A program made the position numbers and the translations under genes. A stretch of DNA of 64,000 nt from Vicugna vicugna (taxonomy: Eukaryota). Numbering within the stretch: the stretch's first letter is position 1; the number at the start of each line of letters is the position of its first letter. Where the stretch lies: NCBI GenBank assembly GCA_013265495.1, contig MU058781.1:4651050-4715049 (forward strand), read 5' to 3'. Positions 27,462 through 40,432 of this stretch are shown in pieces. The notes beneath the pieces were generated by a model. The model was given only the letters and a program-made list of their open reading frames with translations, had not been told where the DNA came from and searched no databases.

Positions 27462-27900
27462 TGCATTAGCTGGGACTTAGGTATGGCTGATGTAACAAAG
27501 ATCTGAAATAAGAGTGGCTGAGGCAGGTAGAAGTTGATTCTTTCCCACAGAACAATCCAGGCAGGAGAGCAATCCAAAGCTGCCTGGCAGCTCCCAGCTC
27601 GATGACAGTCTTTCTGATTTGTGGCTCCATCTTTAGGATGTTGTATTCGGCCGTTTGGTCCAAAGTGGGGCACTGCTGCATCTCAGTTCCAGCTGGAGGG
27701 ATGGGGAAAGGACAGAGGGGAGGACACAACATTCTCCTTTACTGACATCACCCAGCGCTGTGCACATCACTTCTCTCCACACGCCATTGGCCAGAACTTG
27801 GTCACATGACCACACCTGGCCACAAGGAAGCTGGAAACAGACTTTATTCAAGGCAGCCATAAACACAACTGTAGATGCATAGTCCAAAGAAGAAAGGGAG
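27462..27900 (-). mobile_element. Old MaLR LTR (MLT1I/J-like)
   Basis: CCATTGGCCAGAACTTGGTCACATGACCACACCTGGCCACAAGGAAGCTGG and related motifs. Confidence 0.6.
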
Positions 27901-28556
27901 ATGGATACGAGGCAGAAACTAGCCATCTCTGTCAGCACACATGAGCCCTCCCTCTTCTTCCCATCCAGTTGGAAGCACACAGATTCTAAAGGACTTCCCA
28001 GGAAATCACTGGAGAATTTTATACACAACCATATGTGCACACATGCCCAATTATAATATATAGTTAACCGTAAGTTTTTTTTAAACCATAAGTTTTTTAT
28101 TAAAAAAAAGAAGAAGAAGATAAAGATTGTAGAACCTTGTATCAGAAGATACTGTAGATTAGACCCAAGACTGTGGCCAAGAGGTTGGGGCAGGCTCTCT
28201 CTACAGGGACTCAGGGTGGAGGAATCACGTGAAGAGGTGGATGGAGCCCCCCCCACCTCCCCCTCTCTTTCTTTCCCTGCAATGTTCTCCCCCTTATTCT
28301 CACCTCTTCATTGAACCAGAATATGATAGAACGCATTGCCTGGGTGATAAGAGCATGGATGAGCATGTTAGGATGTGCAGGACATGGTAGAGCCAAAAGT
28401 ACATCACTGTAAGGATCAAATACACCAATCTACTCCCAGCTCTGATTAATGAGTTAAATAAACTTAAGCAATCAATTTCCTCAGTATCAAAAGAAAATAA
28501 AAATACTTGCCCCACCTTCTTCATAGGCTCAGAGAGAGACCGGCAAAATGGAATAT

Positions 28557-29445
28557 ATGTATATTCATCTCTATTGCTGTGTAACAAGTCACCACCAACT
28601 TAGTGGGTTAAAGCAAACACCCATTTATTATCTCATAGTTTCTGCAGTTCAAAGTCTGAGCACACAGTAACTAGATTCTCCGCTCAGAGTCTCAATGAGC
28701 TGAAATCAAGATGTTAACCAGAGTTATGTTCTCATCTAGGGTTCAATCTTTTAAAAAAATACTTTATTTAATTATTTTATTGGGGGTAATTAGGTTTATT
28801 TATTTTTAGAGAGGGTCCTAGGGACTGAACCCAGGACCTACTGCATGCTAAGCATGTGCTCTACCACTTGAGCTATAACCTCCCTACCTAGGGTTCAATC
28901 CTCTTCCAAGCTCACAGGTTGTTGGCAGAATTCACTTCCTCGTGAGTGTAGGACCGAGGTTGCTGTCTTCCTCCTAGCTGTCAGCCAGGGACCACTGTCA
29001 GGTGTTGGGGGCTGTCCACAGTTTCTTGCCATGTGGGCCCCATCAGCCAGAATCAGCCACAGGCATTTCAGAACATGTCATTTGCTTCCTCCAAGCTAGC
29101 CAGATGGAGACTCTCTGACTTCCTCTTCTACAACCAACCAGAGAAAACCTTGCTTTTTGAAAGGGCTTGTATGATTAGGTCAAACCTCCCTGAAAACCTA
29201 CCTGTCTTAAGGTCAAGTGATTTGACACCTTAGTTATATCTGCAGAATCCCTTTTCTGGAGCACCTACATTTGTGTTTGATCAAATAGCTGTGAGATGGT
29301 GTATATACATCAAGGGCCAGAATCTTGGAGGGACGTCTTAGGATGCAATCTTTTGGCCCCCAAAGATTCACACCCTTCCCAAATGCAAAATATGTTCACC
29401 CTCTCCCAAGGTTCCCAAGAGTCTCATCCCATTGAAGCACCAGTG
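28557..29445 (-). mobile_element. MaLR LTR (MLT1E-like) with a short adjoining internal sequence, interrupted by a SINE
   Basis: CTATTGCTGTGTAACAA...GTTGGCAGAATTCACTTCCT...TTATATCTGCAGAATCCC. An MLT-int-like stretch follows at about 29350-29445. Confidence 0.7.
28749..28887 (-). mobile_element. Vic-1-type SINE
   Basis: Antisense body with a perfect 13-bp TSD CTAGGGTTCAATC (28736-28748 and 28888-28900). Confidence 0.9.
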
Positions 29446-30168
29446 TTTTTTGTTTTTTAATAAGCATAGATCTTGTTAATTTGTGGATCTAAGTATTCTG
29501 CTAAGGCTCTCTTGTGTTTTTCAAGCTGACATCACAGACTCCACGCTTGACTCCTTCCTCCAACTGAAGCATTCTTGCTGTGCTGTTTTATTCTTCTATC
29601 TGGTTTTCTCCAGAGATGTTGCAAGGTAACTCCTGACTCCCCCTTCTTTTTGTGTCTAAGTTGACTGTGTTCCAAGCGATGTTCTTCTGTCGGCATCTGT
29701 TTAAACTGGCGGAGATAACAGCCTCCACTATCTGGATTCTTTTCCTTCCCCGGCATAATTTCCATTCACCAGAAAGATAATACGGTATCATGGCAAGAGC
29801 AGAGACTTTGGAATCCAGTAAATGTAGATTCAGAGTTTTCTCTCCAAGCATTGTTTAACTGAATGTTACTTGTTACTCAGTCTCTCTGAAAACCCACTTC
29901 CTCCTCTGTATGTTTGAGATAATACCTACCACACAGGGCTGTTGTGAGAATTCAATGACATCATTTTCTTCAGGATTAAATGACATAACGTTCATAGCAT
30001 AGAGCAGGTGTGAATTCCAGACCCTTCCTCCCTTCCCCATCTCCTATCCTGCATCATCACTTCCCTTCATTTCTCCTTCTCTTCTTTGCCTTCCTCCCAT
30101 CACCATCTCAAAGAACACCTAAAACTGGTGATACCGCAGTATATCACATTAAAAGATAACTGCCTTGT

Positions 30169-30857
30169 TACCATATGATCCAGTAATCCCACTGCTGGGC
30201 ATATATCCAGAGAAGACTCTAATTCAAAAAGATACATGAACCCCAATGTTCATAGCAGCGTGATTTACAATAGCCAAGACATGGAAGCAACATAAATTTC
30301 CATCGACAGATGATTGGTTAAAGAAGATGTGGTATCTATACACAATGGAATACTACTAAGCCATAAAAAGAATAAAATAATGCCATTTGCAGCAATGGGA
30401 TGGACTTAGAGATGATCATACTAAGTGAAGTAAGTCAGGCAGAGAAAGACAAATATCATACAATTTCACTTATATGTGGAATCTAAAAAAATGACTCAAA
30501 TGAACTTATTTACAAAATAGAAACAGACTCATAGACATAGAAAACAACCTTATGGTTACCAAAGAGAAAAGAGTAGGGGGGAAGGATAAATTAGGAGTCT
30601 GGTATTAGCAGATACAAAGTACTATATATAAAATAGATAAACAACAAGGTCCTACTGTATAGCACAGGGAACTATATTCAGTAGCTGTAATAACCTGTAA
30701 TGTGACATGGACTTAACACAGGAATTGTACAGGTCATGAGGCTCTTTTTTCTTTTAATGCCAATGTGTGATCCTAGCTTGGTGTATAAGTGAATCACTGC
30801 TGTACACCAGAAACTAACACAACATTGCAAATCAACCATACTTCAATTAAAAAAAAA
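30169..30857 (+). mobile_element. L1 3' end (artiodactyl/camelid type) carrying a foreign 87-bp insert
   Basis: L1 3' motifs and an A tail. 18-bp TSD AAAAGATAAC(T/C)GCCTTGT (30151-30168 and 30858-30875). Confidence 0.9.
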
Positions 30858-31424
30858 AAAAGATAACCGCCTTGTAATTTCATCCCAACATTACATTTGA
30901 ATGCCAACATGGTAAGTGGGTTTCAATACCAACCAATTATCTCCATGCCAATCTATCATTGTGACAATATTCTCTCATTGTCCTGACACCCACTTTACTT
31001 TAAAAATGTGCTTGGACTGTTTTCTCATACTATTTCTACACTCTAACAGATTTATGCCTCTTAGAAAAAGGGGTCTGGTCTTGAAAGTGTTCCAGATCTC
31101 TGCCTTATCGAGATGCTTAGGATAAAAAAAAAAGGATTAATAGTCGAAAGTAGCATAACAGAAGAGCTGAGGCTGCCCAGAGGGAAATGTTAAGGACTGC
31201 CTGGCACAAGAGAACACTTTCTGGCAAACTTCTAAAAGTACTGAAGTAAAAGGGTCAAGAGTCATCTAGTTAAGTAACAGTCTCCAAGGTGGAATATTGG
31301 AAGTTGAGTTCAGCCATCACAATGAGCTATTATATGTATGTGACATGGACTTAACACAGGAATTGTACAGGTCACGAGGCTCTTTTTTCTTTTAATACCA
31401 GTGCATGATCCTAGCTTGGTGTAT
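30700..31424 (+). repeat. Dispersed 87-bp direct duplication (30700-30786 and 31338-31424)
   Basis: Ungapped, 82/87 identical by hand comparison. Confidence 0.95.
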
Positions 31425-32076
31425 TTTTTGCAAAGTGAGGTTGGTTACATAAGAAGGGTTTCTGAAGCAAGTTTCTAGGCTCAAGCAATCACCAGAGGAT
31501 GGAAACAAACACCCCTTCTGGAAAAAGAATAGAATTGTCAACCAGGGGCCCCCCAGTTCCCCCCTCCGTAGGTCTGATGCCTTCTTCATCATGGGGCTGT
31601 TAAACAAGGATGTAAGGGAAAGGATGACACTTCCACTGAGTTCTAAAGATCACATTAGAGGCAGTTCATCAGCTCAGGCGGATCATGCCAAAGTCAAGCC
31701 CCCTTCAGTAAAAGAGGCCTATCTATAAATCATTAGAGATTCAGGGTGCCAAGAAAGCTACTGTATTAGCTCAGTATGACAGGCAGAGGGCTCGCATTTG
31801 CCAGATGTTTTACAACCATTTTTTATGAAGTGTTACACATAATACCCTGAGAGATAAATGAACGATATAATCTCCATTCTATAACTAAGGAAGCAAACAG
31901 CTATGGAGGCATTCTGGAAGTGAGTTGCAAGCTAACATTAGAACCCTCGGCCAGACTCCCCGGGTCAACGATCTTTCTAGTGAGCCAGTTTACCTGGGAG
32001 CAAGAATGTTCTTAGGTTGATGTCAAACAAGTGTCTAAGTCTAAAATCTGAGCCACAGCAAAACTGACCTTGGTAG

Positions 32077-32265
32077 GGGGAGGGTATAGCTCAGTGGTAG
32101 AATGCGTGCTTAGCATGCACGAGGTCCTGGGTTCAATCCCCAGTTCCTCTGTTTTAAACAAACAAACAAACAAACAAACAAACCTAATTAACTCCCTCCC
32201 CACAACAAAACAAAATAATACCAAAAGAAGGATAGGGCTCTGCTGCTATAAACAAACAAACAAAC
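32077..32265 (+). mobile_element. Vic-1-type SINE with an extended tail
   Basis: Near-intact tRNA-Ala-like head and (AAAC)n tails. Perfect 14-bp TSD AAACTGACCTTGGT (32061-32074 and 32266-32279). Confidence 0.9.
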
Positions 32266-32351
32266 AAACTGACCTTGGTGGACTGCAACTTGGAGTTAAA
32301 AGGAGAAGTCTGCTTCCCACGATAGCACAGGACTGTTTGATTGATATTGAG

Positions 32352-32770
32352 TGTATCAGTGAGGGTACAGTCACAGCTGCTGTAACAAGAGGACCCTAAA
32401 ACACAGTGGCGAAACAAAGAGAGAACTTTATTTTTGCCACATGTAATAGTCCAGAGGTAGAGGTAGACCACGCAAAGCTAGGAGGGCAGCTCTGTCATCC
32501 TTAATATGTGGCTTCCATCTTTTGAGTCCATAGTGTCTGTTCCAGTCTCACCATTCCCAACCAGCAGAAAGAGGATGGGGAACAGGGCATGACACAGAAG
32601 CTGTACTCACTCACACCCCATTGGCAAGAATAGTCACTTGGCCAAACTGAGATGCAAGGGGGGCTGGGATATGTAGTCTGGTTGGGTAGCTGAGTGCCCA
32701 GCACAAACCTGGGAGTTGTTGAAGGGAGAGAAGAAAGGATACTGATGAAGAAGCAGTGGTCATTATCTCA
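32352..32770 (-). mobile_element. Old MaLR LTR (MLT1I-like)
   Basis: CAGCTGCTGTAACAA...CCATTGGCAAGAATAGTCACTTGGCC...GATGCAAGGGGGGCTGGGATATGTAGTC. Confidence 0.55.
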
Positions 32771-33949
32771 CTACACTTAAGAGGCACAGATACAATCCCC
32801 AGACACAGTGTTTCATCTTCTCTGCCCCAGGAACAGGAAACAGAGCAAGGTCAAGCCTGAAGTGATTAAGAAGAAATCTGGTACAGGGAAAGAGTCCTGC
32901 TATTGGGACCTAGAAGAGCTGAGTTCTGGGACCTGCTCTGTCACATGTAACCTATGAGATCTTAGGCAAGTCATTCAAATTCTGGGTCTCAGTTTCCTCA
33001 TTTATAAAATAAGAATTTGGACCAGGTGACATCTGAGGCTACCTCTATATCTTAGATTTAATGATGCCAGAGTAGAAAACATAGCAGGATAGACTAGACT
33101 TTATAATGTAATATATCCCCACAAGTTGACTCATAAATGACCAAAACTTACATCATGACAAGTTTTTAGTCTTTAATGGAATGTATAAAATGAGTCTACT
33201 TTATGAAAACCATGGCATGATTTAGTATGTAAACAAGACTTACGTGTTCATAAAGTTTTAATCTTACCAAAATATTCACTAGTCCTACTCACAGGTTAAA
33301 AAAAAAACAAAACAAAATTCCATTTCATCTGTAAGCATAAATTACTACAAATACTTTACCAAAGTTTAATACAAAGCATATTATGCACTTTAGATTGCAC
33401 TAATCTTCACAGTTAGTGCAGACATATTTATATATACTTTCCTCACTTATGTTCATATAAATATCTCCCCTGAGTCTGGGAAAGATGGGAGTCTGGCTTC
33501 TGGAAATAGGAGATAATTGAACCAGAATTCCCTATAGAACTTGCTAAACGTTTTAAACATATTCTTACCAGTCAGCAACCATCATCCTTGAAGTGTCATT
33601 TGAAGCTAATTTCATTGACTGTAATAATGAGGAAGGTGATGGTGGTGAGAGTAACCAACAGAGCCGTTGTTCTTGTATAAAGAGAAAATGGCTCTGAAGC
33701 TATTTCTGACGGCAGTAATAGAAAGTTAACGGAAATGCTATGTTGCCTTCCAAGGTCACTACTTTTGAAGGCAAAAGCATATAAATAAAACGTTCGATTT
33801 GATTACCTTTATAAAAGTCTCATTGCCTGATAATTAGATAATAATGACATACTGGGTGCCATGAGTCCTTCCCAAGTGCCAGCCATTTTGCTAAATACTT
33901 TTATGTGGATTTATCATCAACTTCACAAAGGTGTGTCTTTCTCCATCTC

Positions 33950-34410
33950 CTGTGACAAAACATGAAAGTTGCCTGCCCAAGAGCTAGTCTCCCTTTCTTC
34001 CTTAGAAGAGCGCCTATTTTCTATAAAACATCGATGTGCCCAACTAAAGTGACCGATGAGATGAAAACCAGAAGTTGTTGAGTAAAGCTTGCAGAAAGGC
34101 AGGTTGACAGACTAAAGGCATGTGCCCCTTTGACTTTTCCTATATATCCTGCTGCCTGGAATTTAGATGAGATGGCTGGAGCACCAACTGCCATTTTGTA
34201 ATTTATGGATGGAGACCACAAACTAAAGATGGCAGAAGATAAAGATAAAACAAACCTGGGTCTCTGGTAAAATCACGGAGCTGCCATCCTAGCCATGCCT
34301 GTCTACCACTAGATTTATTTTATACAAGAGAAAAATTAACTCATATGTGACTGAGCCACTATTATTTGGGATTTTGGTTTATACTTTTAAACCTAATTCT
34401 AACTGATATA
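33950..34410 (+). mobile_element. Old MaLR LTR (MLT1J-like)
   Basis: CCTGCTGCCTGGAAT...GATGGCTGGAGCACCAACTGCCATTTTG...CCTAATTCTAACTGATATA. Confidence 0.55.
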
Positions 34411-35447
34411 GCTTTCCTCATTCTTATATATGAGAACTAAGTCTTAGAGGATAGCTTGTCTAAGGTCTAACAGCTAGGCAAATGGAGAGCCAGAATTCAA
34501 GCCCAGACAATCTGATTTCAGAAACTCATAACTCAGAACCCATATATTCTTTAATTTACTAATTAAGACACAGCATTTCTCCATTCACTTTTATCTAGCC
34601 CCAACACACTGCTATAAAATCACAGAAGTAACAGAAGGTAAAATAAGGTAGGCTGTCTAATAATCCAATATATTAAGACTATTGGATAGCTGAGTAATTA
34701 AGCATATCGTCTATCTGCTACATAAGTTAGTGAAACTGATGTAAAGACCAGTATTTAAAGGTATTTAAAGGTCAACTTCCCTCCCATATTACACTTCATA
34801 AAAGATATCTCAAGAGGCCAGTCATGCCATACAACCAGGCCCTGTGTCCTTCTCCAAGGATATACATGTCTACGTGCATAAAGCCATCTTGCCAAACCAG
34901 GCCTTCTTCACAAGAGCATTCACATGCTTCACAGGAGGATTCTCAATTTCCTGGATTGTGCGACTAATGAGAAAAGAAAGACTCAAGTCAGCAGTGATAC
35001 GTAGAAGATATTCTGTACGTGCAATTAAATAACATTCATGCACAAAAGAGCTGTATTTCATTCACAACAGAATACCAGGGAAGCAGTTTTTCCACTTGAA
35101 ACCACATTCTCCCATGACCTCAGATGAGAGCCAAGAGCAACCAAAGGTTCATGTATGGTTTCAATGCCTAACCAAAATGAAATTCTACAGTACCCACCAC
35201 ATTTCACTCTACTGATTATAATGAACCCCAAATAGTTTCATTAAAATTAAGGCCTATAATTGCACAGGAAACACAGTCAGATTGCAACGTAGGCCATCCT
35301 GTTTTACCAGAAATCATGGTAACTGACACAGCCACCACCTAATCACGAGAGTCAGCCTGATCATGAAATCACTGAAAGAGACCATGACCAGTTCAGAGCT
35401 TTGTGAAGAAAGACCAAAATCCAGGGGCCCACTTATATAAAAATGGT

Positions 35448-35578
35448 GGGGGAGCGGGATATATAGCTCAGTGGCAGAGCACATGCTTAGCATGCACAAG
35501 GTCCTGGTTTCAATCCCCAGTATCCTCATTAAAAATTAAGTAAATAACCCTAATCCCCCTGCCCCCCACCAAAAAAAC
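35448..35578 (+). mobile_element. Vic-1-type SINE
   Basis: TATAGCTCAGTGGCAGAGCACATGCTTAGCATGCACAAGG. Degenerate TSD TATATAA(AA/CC)ATGG. Confidence 0.85.
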
Positions 35579-35801
35579 ATGTATATAACCATGGGCCAAA
35601 GTCCTCCAAAATGCAATCAGGGCGTAGGGAGCTAGGGAATGCTACACATCTAGATTTTTCTCTTCTTCCCTGGGCAATTTGAATTGTGCTTCTCAACTTT
35701 TGTGCCAAATGTCTGTTTAACCGACTTAGATCTGCCCTTCTCTACCCAAAAGGCTGATCTGTAAGGACAACATCAAACAGATGACTGAGGGACAAAGCCA
35801 G

Positions 35802-36176
35802 TGTCTTAGCCAGCTCAGGCTGCCATAACACAATACCCTAGACAGGGTAGCTTAACCAATAGAGATGTATTTCTCATAGTTCTAGAGGGTAGAAGTCCAA
35901 GATGAAGGTGCCAACCAGCTCAGTTCGTGGTGAGAGCTCTCTTCCTGGCTTGAAGAAGGACCCTTCCTGCTGTGTCCTCACTTGGCAGAAGGAGAAAGAC
36001 TCAGCTCCCGGGTGTCTCTTCTTAAATCGGGACATTAATCCTATCAGATCAGGACCCTCTCTTGTGACCTCATTTAACCTTAATTACCACCTTATGGACC
36101 CCACTCCAAATACAGTCACATGGGGGTTTGGGATTCAACATACGAATTTGGAGGAAGAACAGTTCAGTCCGTAACA
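35802..36176 (-). mobile_element. MaLR LTR (MLT1A-like)
   Basis: GGCTGCCATAACA...GACCTCATTTAACCTTAATTACC...CCAAATACAGTCACA...TTCAGTCCGTAACA. Confidence 0.85.
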
Positions 36177-37018
36177 GTCATGCTAGGGGGCTGCAGATGT
36201 AAGACCATTCTACAGCTCTCCTCCACCTTCCCTGTCCTCCCCTCCTCTTCCTCTTCCTACCTCTTCTCTCACACACACCCAGTAGCCACCCCCCATCCAC
36301 ACCACACAAATCCCACATGTCAGCCGAAGAAGAAGAAAGGACAACGGGGTTAGAAAGTAAACAAAGAGATTATTTCTTTTCTCCACACACATCTGAAACT
36401 CAGAACCACTACAAAATCAGACTTGATGAAAATTCCATTTAAAATATTAAAACTGATTTAAAACTGTCTGGCAATGTGGTAACTGGCATAAATTGCAACT
36501 TCATGGTTAAAACAACCCAGGTTAAAATTAGTTTTGGATATTGACAGGCCCAAGGTTAAGGAACTATAAATAGATCCCCAGTCAGCTAATTCTAATCCAC
36601 CCTGGGCTTCCGTTAGCGTTTAATTAACGCAAAACTGCAGCAAATGCAGAACCGTGTTGGAATCTGTTGTCCAGAAAAGAATTCAACCAACTTATGGTTG
36701 TCAGGCACTTGTGCAACCTGAGCCTCGGATCAAACGGAGCTCAAAGTCTTCTCCCGTTTCCAATTATGTAAACTCGAAAATCAGCTGCTGCCAAGAGTGT
36801 GCATAAATTAATCCCCAATTTTCCAAGTCAAAACTGGGTATGTGCTTCAATGATACGGATAAGGCTGGTCCTCAGAAGGGGATGGAAGCGGGCAGAGGCT
36901 AGAGGCTAGGGTCAGACCTCACTCTGCAGCCTTCTGCCCGTGGCACCTTGGGCAAGTTACAGGAGTCCCCTGGGCTTCAGTTTCCTCATTCATAAAATGG
37001 GGATAAAAATGCCTACCT

Positions 37019-37535
37019 AATCCAGCAATTCCACTTCTGGACATGTAACCGAAAGAATGGAAAGCAGTCTTTCAAAGAAACATTTCTATGCTCACATTCA
37101 CAGCAGCATTATTCAAAATAGCCAAGAGGGGGAAGCAACCCAAGTGGCCATCAATGGATGAATGAAGAGACTAAATATGGTTTGTCAATGTAATGGGATA
37201 TTATTCAGCCTTCAAAAGAAAGATAATCCTGTCACCTGCTACAACATGGATGAACCTTGAGGACATTATGCTAAGTGAAATAAGCCAATCACAGAAAGAC
37301 AAATACTAGACTTAGAGGAGGCACAAAGAATCGTCAAATTCATGAAGACAGAAAGTAGAATGGTGCTTACCAAGGTCTTGGGTCAGGGAGGAGAGGAAGA
37401 AAGAGTTCTGTAAGAAGAAAAAGTTCTGGAGATGTTTTTCACAATAATGTGAATATACTTGACACCGCTGAGCTGCACACTTTAATATGGCCAAGATGGT
37501 AAATTTTACATTATGTGTTTTTCTATCACAATTTC
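37019..37535 (+). mobile_element. L1 (L1MB-like) 3' end inserted into a MIR (about 36895-37620)
   Basis: L1 motifs with TSD AAAAATGC(C/T)TA(C/T)CT (37005-37018 and 37536-37549). The MIR core CAGTTTCCTCATTCATAAAATGGGG lies just upstream. Confidence 0.85.
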
Positions 37536-38810
37536 AAAAATGCTTATCTCATTTATTCTCTGAGAGAATTAAATTACAGAAGTGAAAATGCCTGGCACAC
37601 ACTAGATGTTCAACCCATGTTACCTCTTTCTCCCTCCTCCACCTCATTCGACAGGCTTGTAAATTATTTAAAAGAAAAAGACTCCTAGCATCCAAAACAT
37701 ACGGACATGGGTCGGAAAGAGGAATCAGGCCCCATCTTACTTTCCTTACCTCCCGTTCCCTTTTTCAGTTCTTTGAACCTGGGCCAGGTCACCATCCAAC
37801 TCGAAACCTCAGAGTAACAGCTCTGGACACAATCTGCCACCCACCCAGGAGGTGCTGAGTGTCTGTCACCTAGTACCCCAGAGCTGATCTCTGGCCCCCA
37901 GAAGCATGCCTTGCCTTTCTGTGCTCCAGAGAGAAAGGTCCTGAGACAATTCCTTCTGTGTTCTGCTTATAGTTTTTAAAAAGTAGCAGTGTGTTCATTC
38001 ATTCATGCAGCTAATAGCAGATGCCTCCAGCGGGCCAGGCACTGTTCTCGGCACTGGGGGCAGGGCAGTAAACAAGGAAGACAAGGTACTTGCTTTCCCA
38101 GTGCTTCCCTTCTATTAGCTTCTTTTGGGGGCTCATAGAAATTGTCAGCTTCCACCTCTGTGCCCTCGCCCATACGGCCTCGAATTCCCTCCCTGCTTCT
38201 CTTTTCCATTCAAATAATAACCTGTCTCTTCAGAGTCCAGCTCAAGTCCAAGATCTGCCTTACAACCCTTCAAGTTCCTCTGATCGTGACTCTGAATCCT
38301 CCCTTCCCTGATAGCTCTTGCACCCAGCTCCTAGCCCACACCGTTCAGCACCGGCTCACACTGCTCTCTCAACGTGGCTTGGGGTTTCATCTTGATTCCT
38401 GCCTAAAGTATGGCCCCCTGATAGTCAAGGCCATCTTCATTTGTCCCTGAACCATCCCCACCTCCGCCATAGGACATAGCACATAGTGTCTGCTGAGAAA
38501 AGGTCACAATTCTTAGCTTCTCGAATCTTTGGGTGTGATGTGGAACATGTCTTCTTGGTGCCAGGCTGGCACAGCAATCTGTTTTCCGCAGTTGTGTGTA
38601 TAAATCTCTGCCTCCCTTAAATTATATCTAACTCAATATGCTAAAATAACTTCTGTCAGAAGTATTATTTATGGGGTAGAGTTAAATACAAATGCTTAAA
38701 AGAACATCTGTATTGATTTTTCCAAAAAGTCCAATAAATATTTTACACTTAATCAATCACCCTGTAAACTGATTTAGGAAAAAAAAAACTCTCATATGCC
38801 TAGTACTGTG

Positions 38811-39619
38811 TGTAGGGGAGGAAAGCTTTCCTCTACTCTCTTAGGTTCTGCTACTAGGGTCTGAAAATTAAACTGACAAAAGCACACAGGAGGCCTCACA
38901 GAAAAGAAATGAAGCCCCCAAAGAAGCAGTTAGACCTGGGGGCTTATATACCACTTTAACAAAGGGCAATAAATTGCGGGAAAATAACTGGACAAAGGAA
39001 GGTGGGTGGTTGGAGCTTCTAGGGGTTGTAAATTGTAGGCAGCTAAATGTATAGGAGGAAATCATTAAAGATAAGGGTTATTTAGGAAGGTTTATTATGC
39101 AGACTCAACTTTGTGCTTTCTCCATTGATGAGAGTCATCTCCGGCGATTGAGTCCTCCTCCTCTTCCATATATGGGAAAAGGAGACAGCTTTAAGGGGGT
39201 GGGAAGGAATAAGCTGGGAGTTCAAGATTTGCAGATACTAACTAATATATAAAAAATAGATAAACAACAAATTTATACCATATAGCACAGGGAACTATAT
39301 TCAATATCTTGTAGTAACTTGTGGTGAAAGAGAGTATGAAAAACAAATATATGTATGTTCCTGTATGACTGCAGCATTGTGCTGTACACCAGACATTGAC
39401 ACAACATTGTAAACTGACTATACTTCAATAAAAATATGTTTTTTTAATGTAGATGGAAGACATCTTTCTAAATGAAATTTGTGGTAGCTTTTACAAAGGA
39501 AAATTTATGTCTTCCTTTTGCACAGAAAGAGGGAGGGCAGAGAGTTAATTTCCTTCAACTCAAAACAATCCTGACGTCAAAGTGGCATATTGTGGGGTGG
39601 AACACCTTGATTCCCTGCA
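38811..39619 (-). mobile_element. ERV1-class solo LTR, MER34/MER39-like, interrupted by L1
   Basis: TG...CA termini and a perfect TSD TGTG (38807-38810 and 39620-39623). Homologous to 3105-3648. Confidence 0.8.
39193..39436 (+). mobile_element. L1 3' end, camelid type
   Basis: Closely parallels 17225-17460 (GATTTGCAGATACTAA...GTAAACTGACTATACTTCAAT). Confidence 0.9.
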
Positions 39620-40141
39620 TGTGCTGGATGGCAAGTGGGAAGAGGGGACTGGGAGAGACAAGAAAAGGTTAGGTAAGACAACAGATTTTTCAAAAGATTT
39701 AGAAAATGTTTGCAAAACTACAAGGAGAATTATAAAGCATTATTTAAAACTAATTTCTCTCAGTTCTTGAAGTTTGATTTTATTAGAACTTATGGGGTTT
39801 TTTTTCTTTTTTTGTTCTGGATCTTTTTGAAGTGAAGTCAAGAAGGACAACTCGACCCATAATTGTAATGATGCAAAATAGCAGAAAATAACTCCAAGGA
39901 AACACATGACTATCTGTATGCAATTATGTAATAAATAATCCTCCATTAGCTACGGAAGACACAAACTCTATGTCTGCAACAAAACGCAAAATTATCAAAT
40001 CATTCATAACACTGTCACTTTCAGTCATGCTTCACTACCTAATTCTAGGAGAGAAGAAGTAAATTTAGCCTTTGACAGTCTCCATTTCAAAGTACAAGTG
40101 TGCAGAGAGAACACTGGAGTGAGAATCAGACTTGTATTCTA

Positions 40142-40432
40142 CACCAGTAGGAATATAATGGGAGCCATATATGTAATTATAAATTTTCTAATAGCCACAC
40201 CAAAATGAATGACAAGAAACAGGCTAAATTAGTTTTAGCCCAGCATATCCAAAATCCATCATTTCCATAGGTAACCAATATAGATTAGTGCGATCTTTTA
40301 AATTTTTTCATACCTGGAGAAAAAGATTCTCCAAAAACCAATGTCTGTCTTACACTTAGAACACATCTCAGTGTAGACTAGCTGCATACAGGAGCAGCCA
40401 GTGTCCGGTAGCTCCTGGACTGGACAGCTCTG
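40142..40432. mobile_element. MER33-like hAT-Charlie relic
   Basis: AATATAATGGGAGCCATATATGTAATTATAAATTTTCTAATAGCCACA...TTACACTTAGAACACATCTCA. Confidence 0.6.

Noticed and set aside
27633..28256. Longest ORF (207 aa, minus strand)
   Set aside because: It runs through an MLT1 LTR and low-complexity sequence, with no recognisable domain.
29446..29770. Possible minus-strand retrocopy fragment ending in an A-rich run
   Set aside because: No convincing TSD and no recognisable parent gene.
32077..32150. tRNA-Ala(AGC)-like genes (this and the other copies)
   Set aside because: They have a shared non-tRNA tail, A-rich ends, TSDs and scattered mutations. They are SINEs, not tRNA genes.
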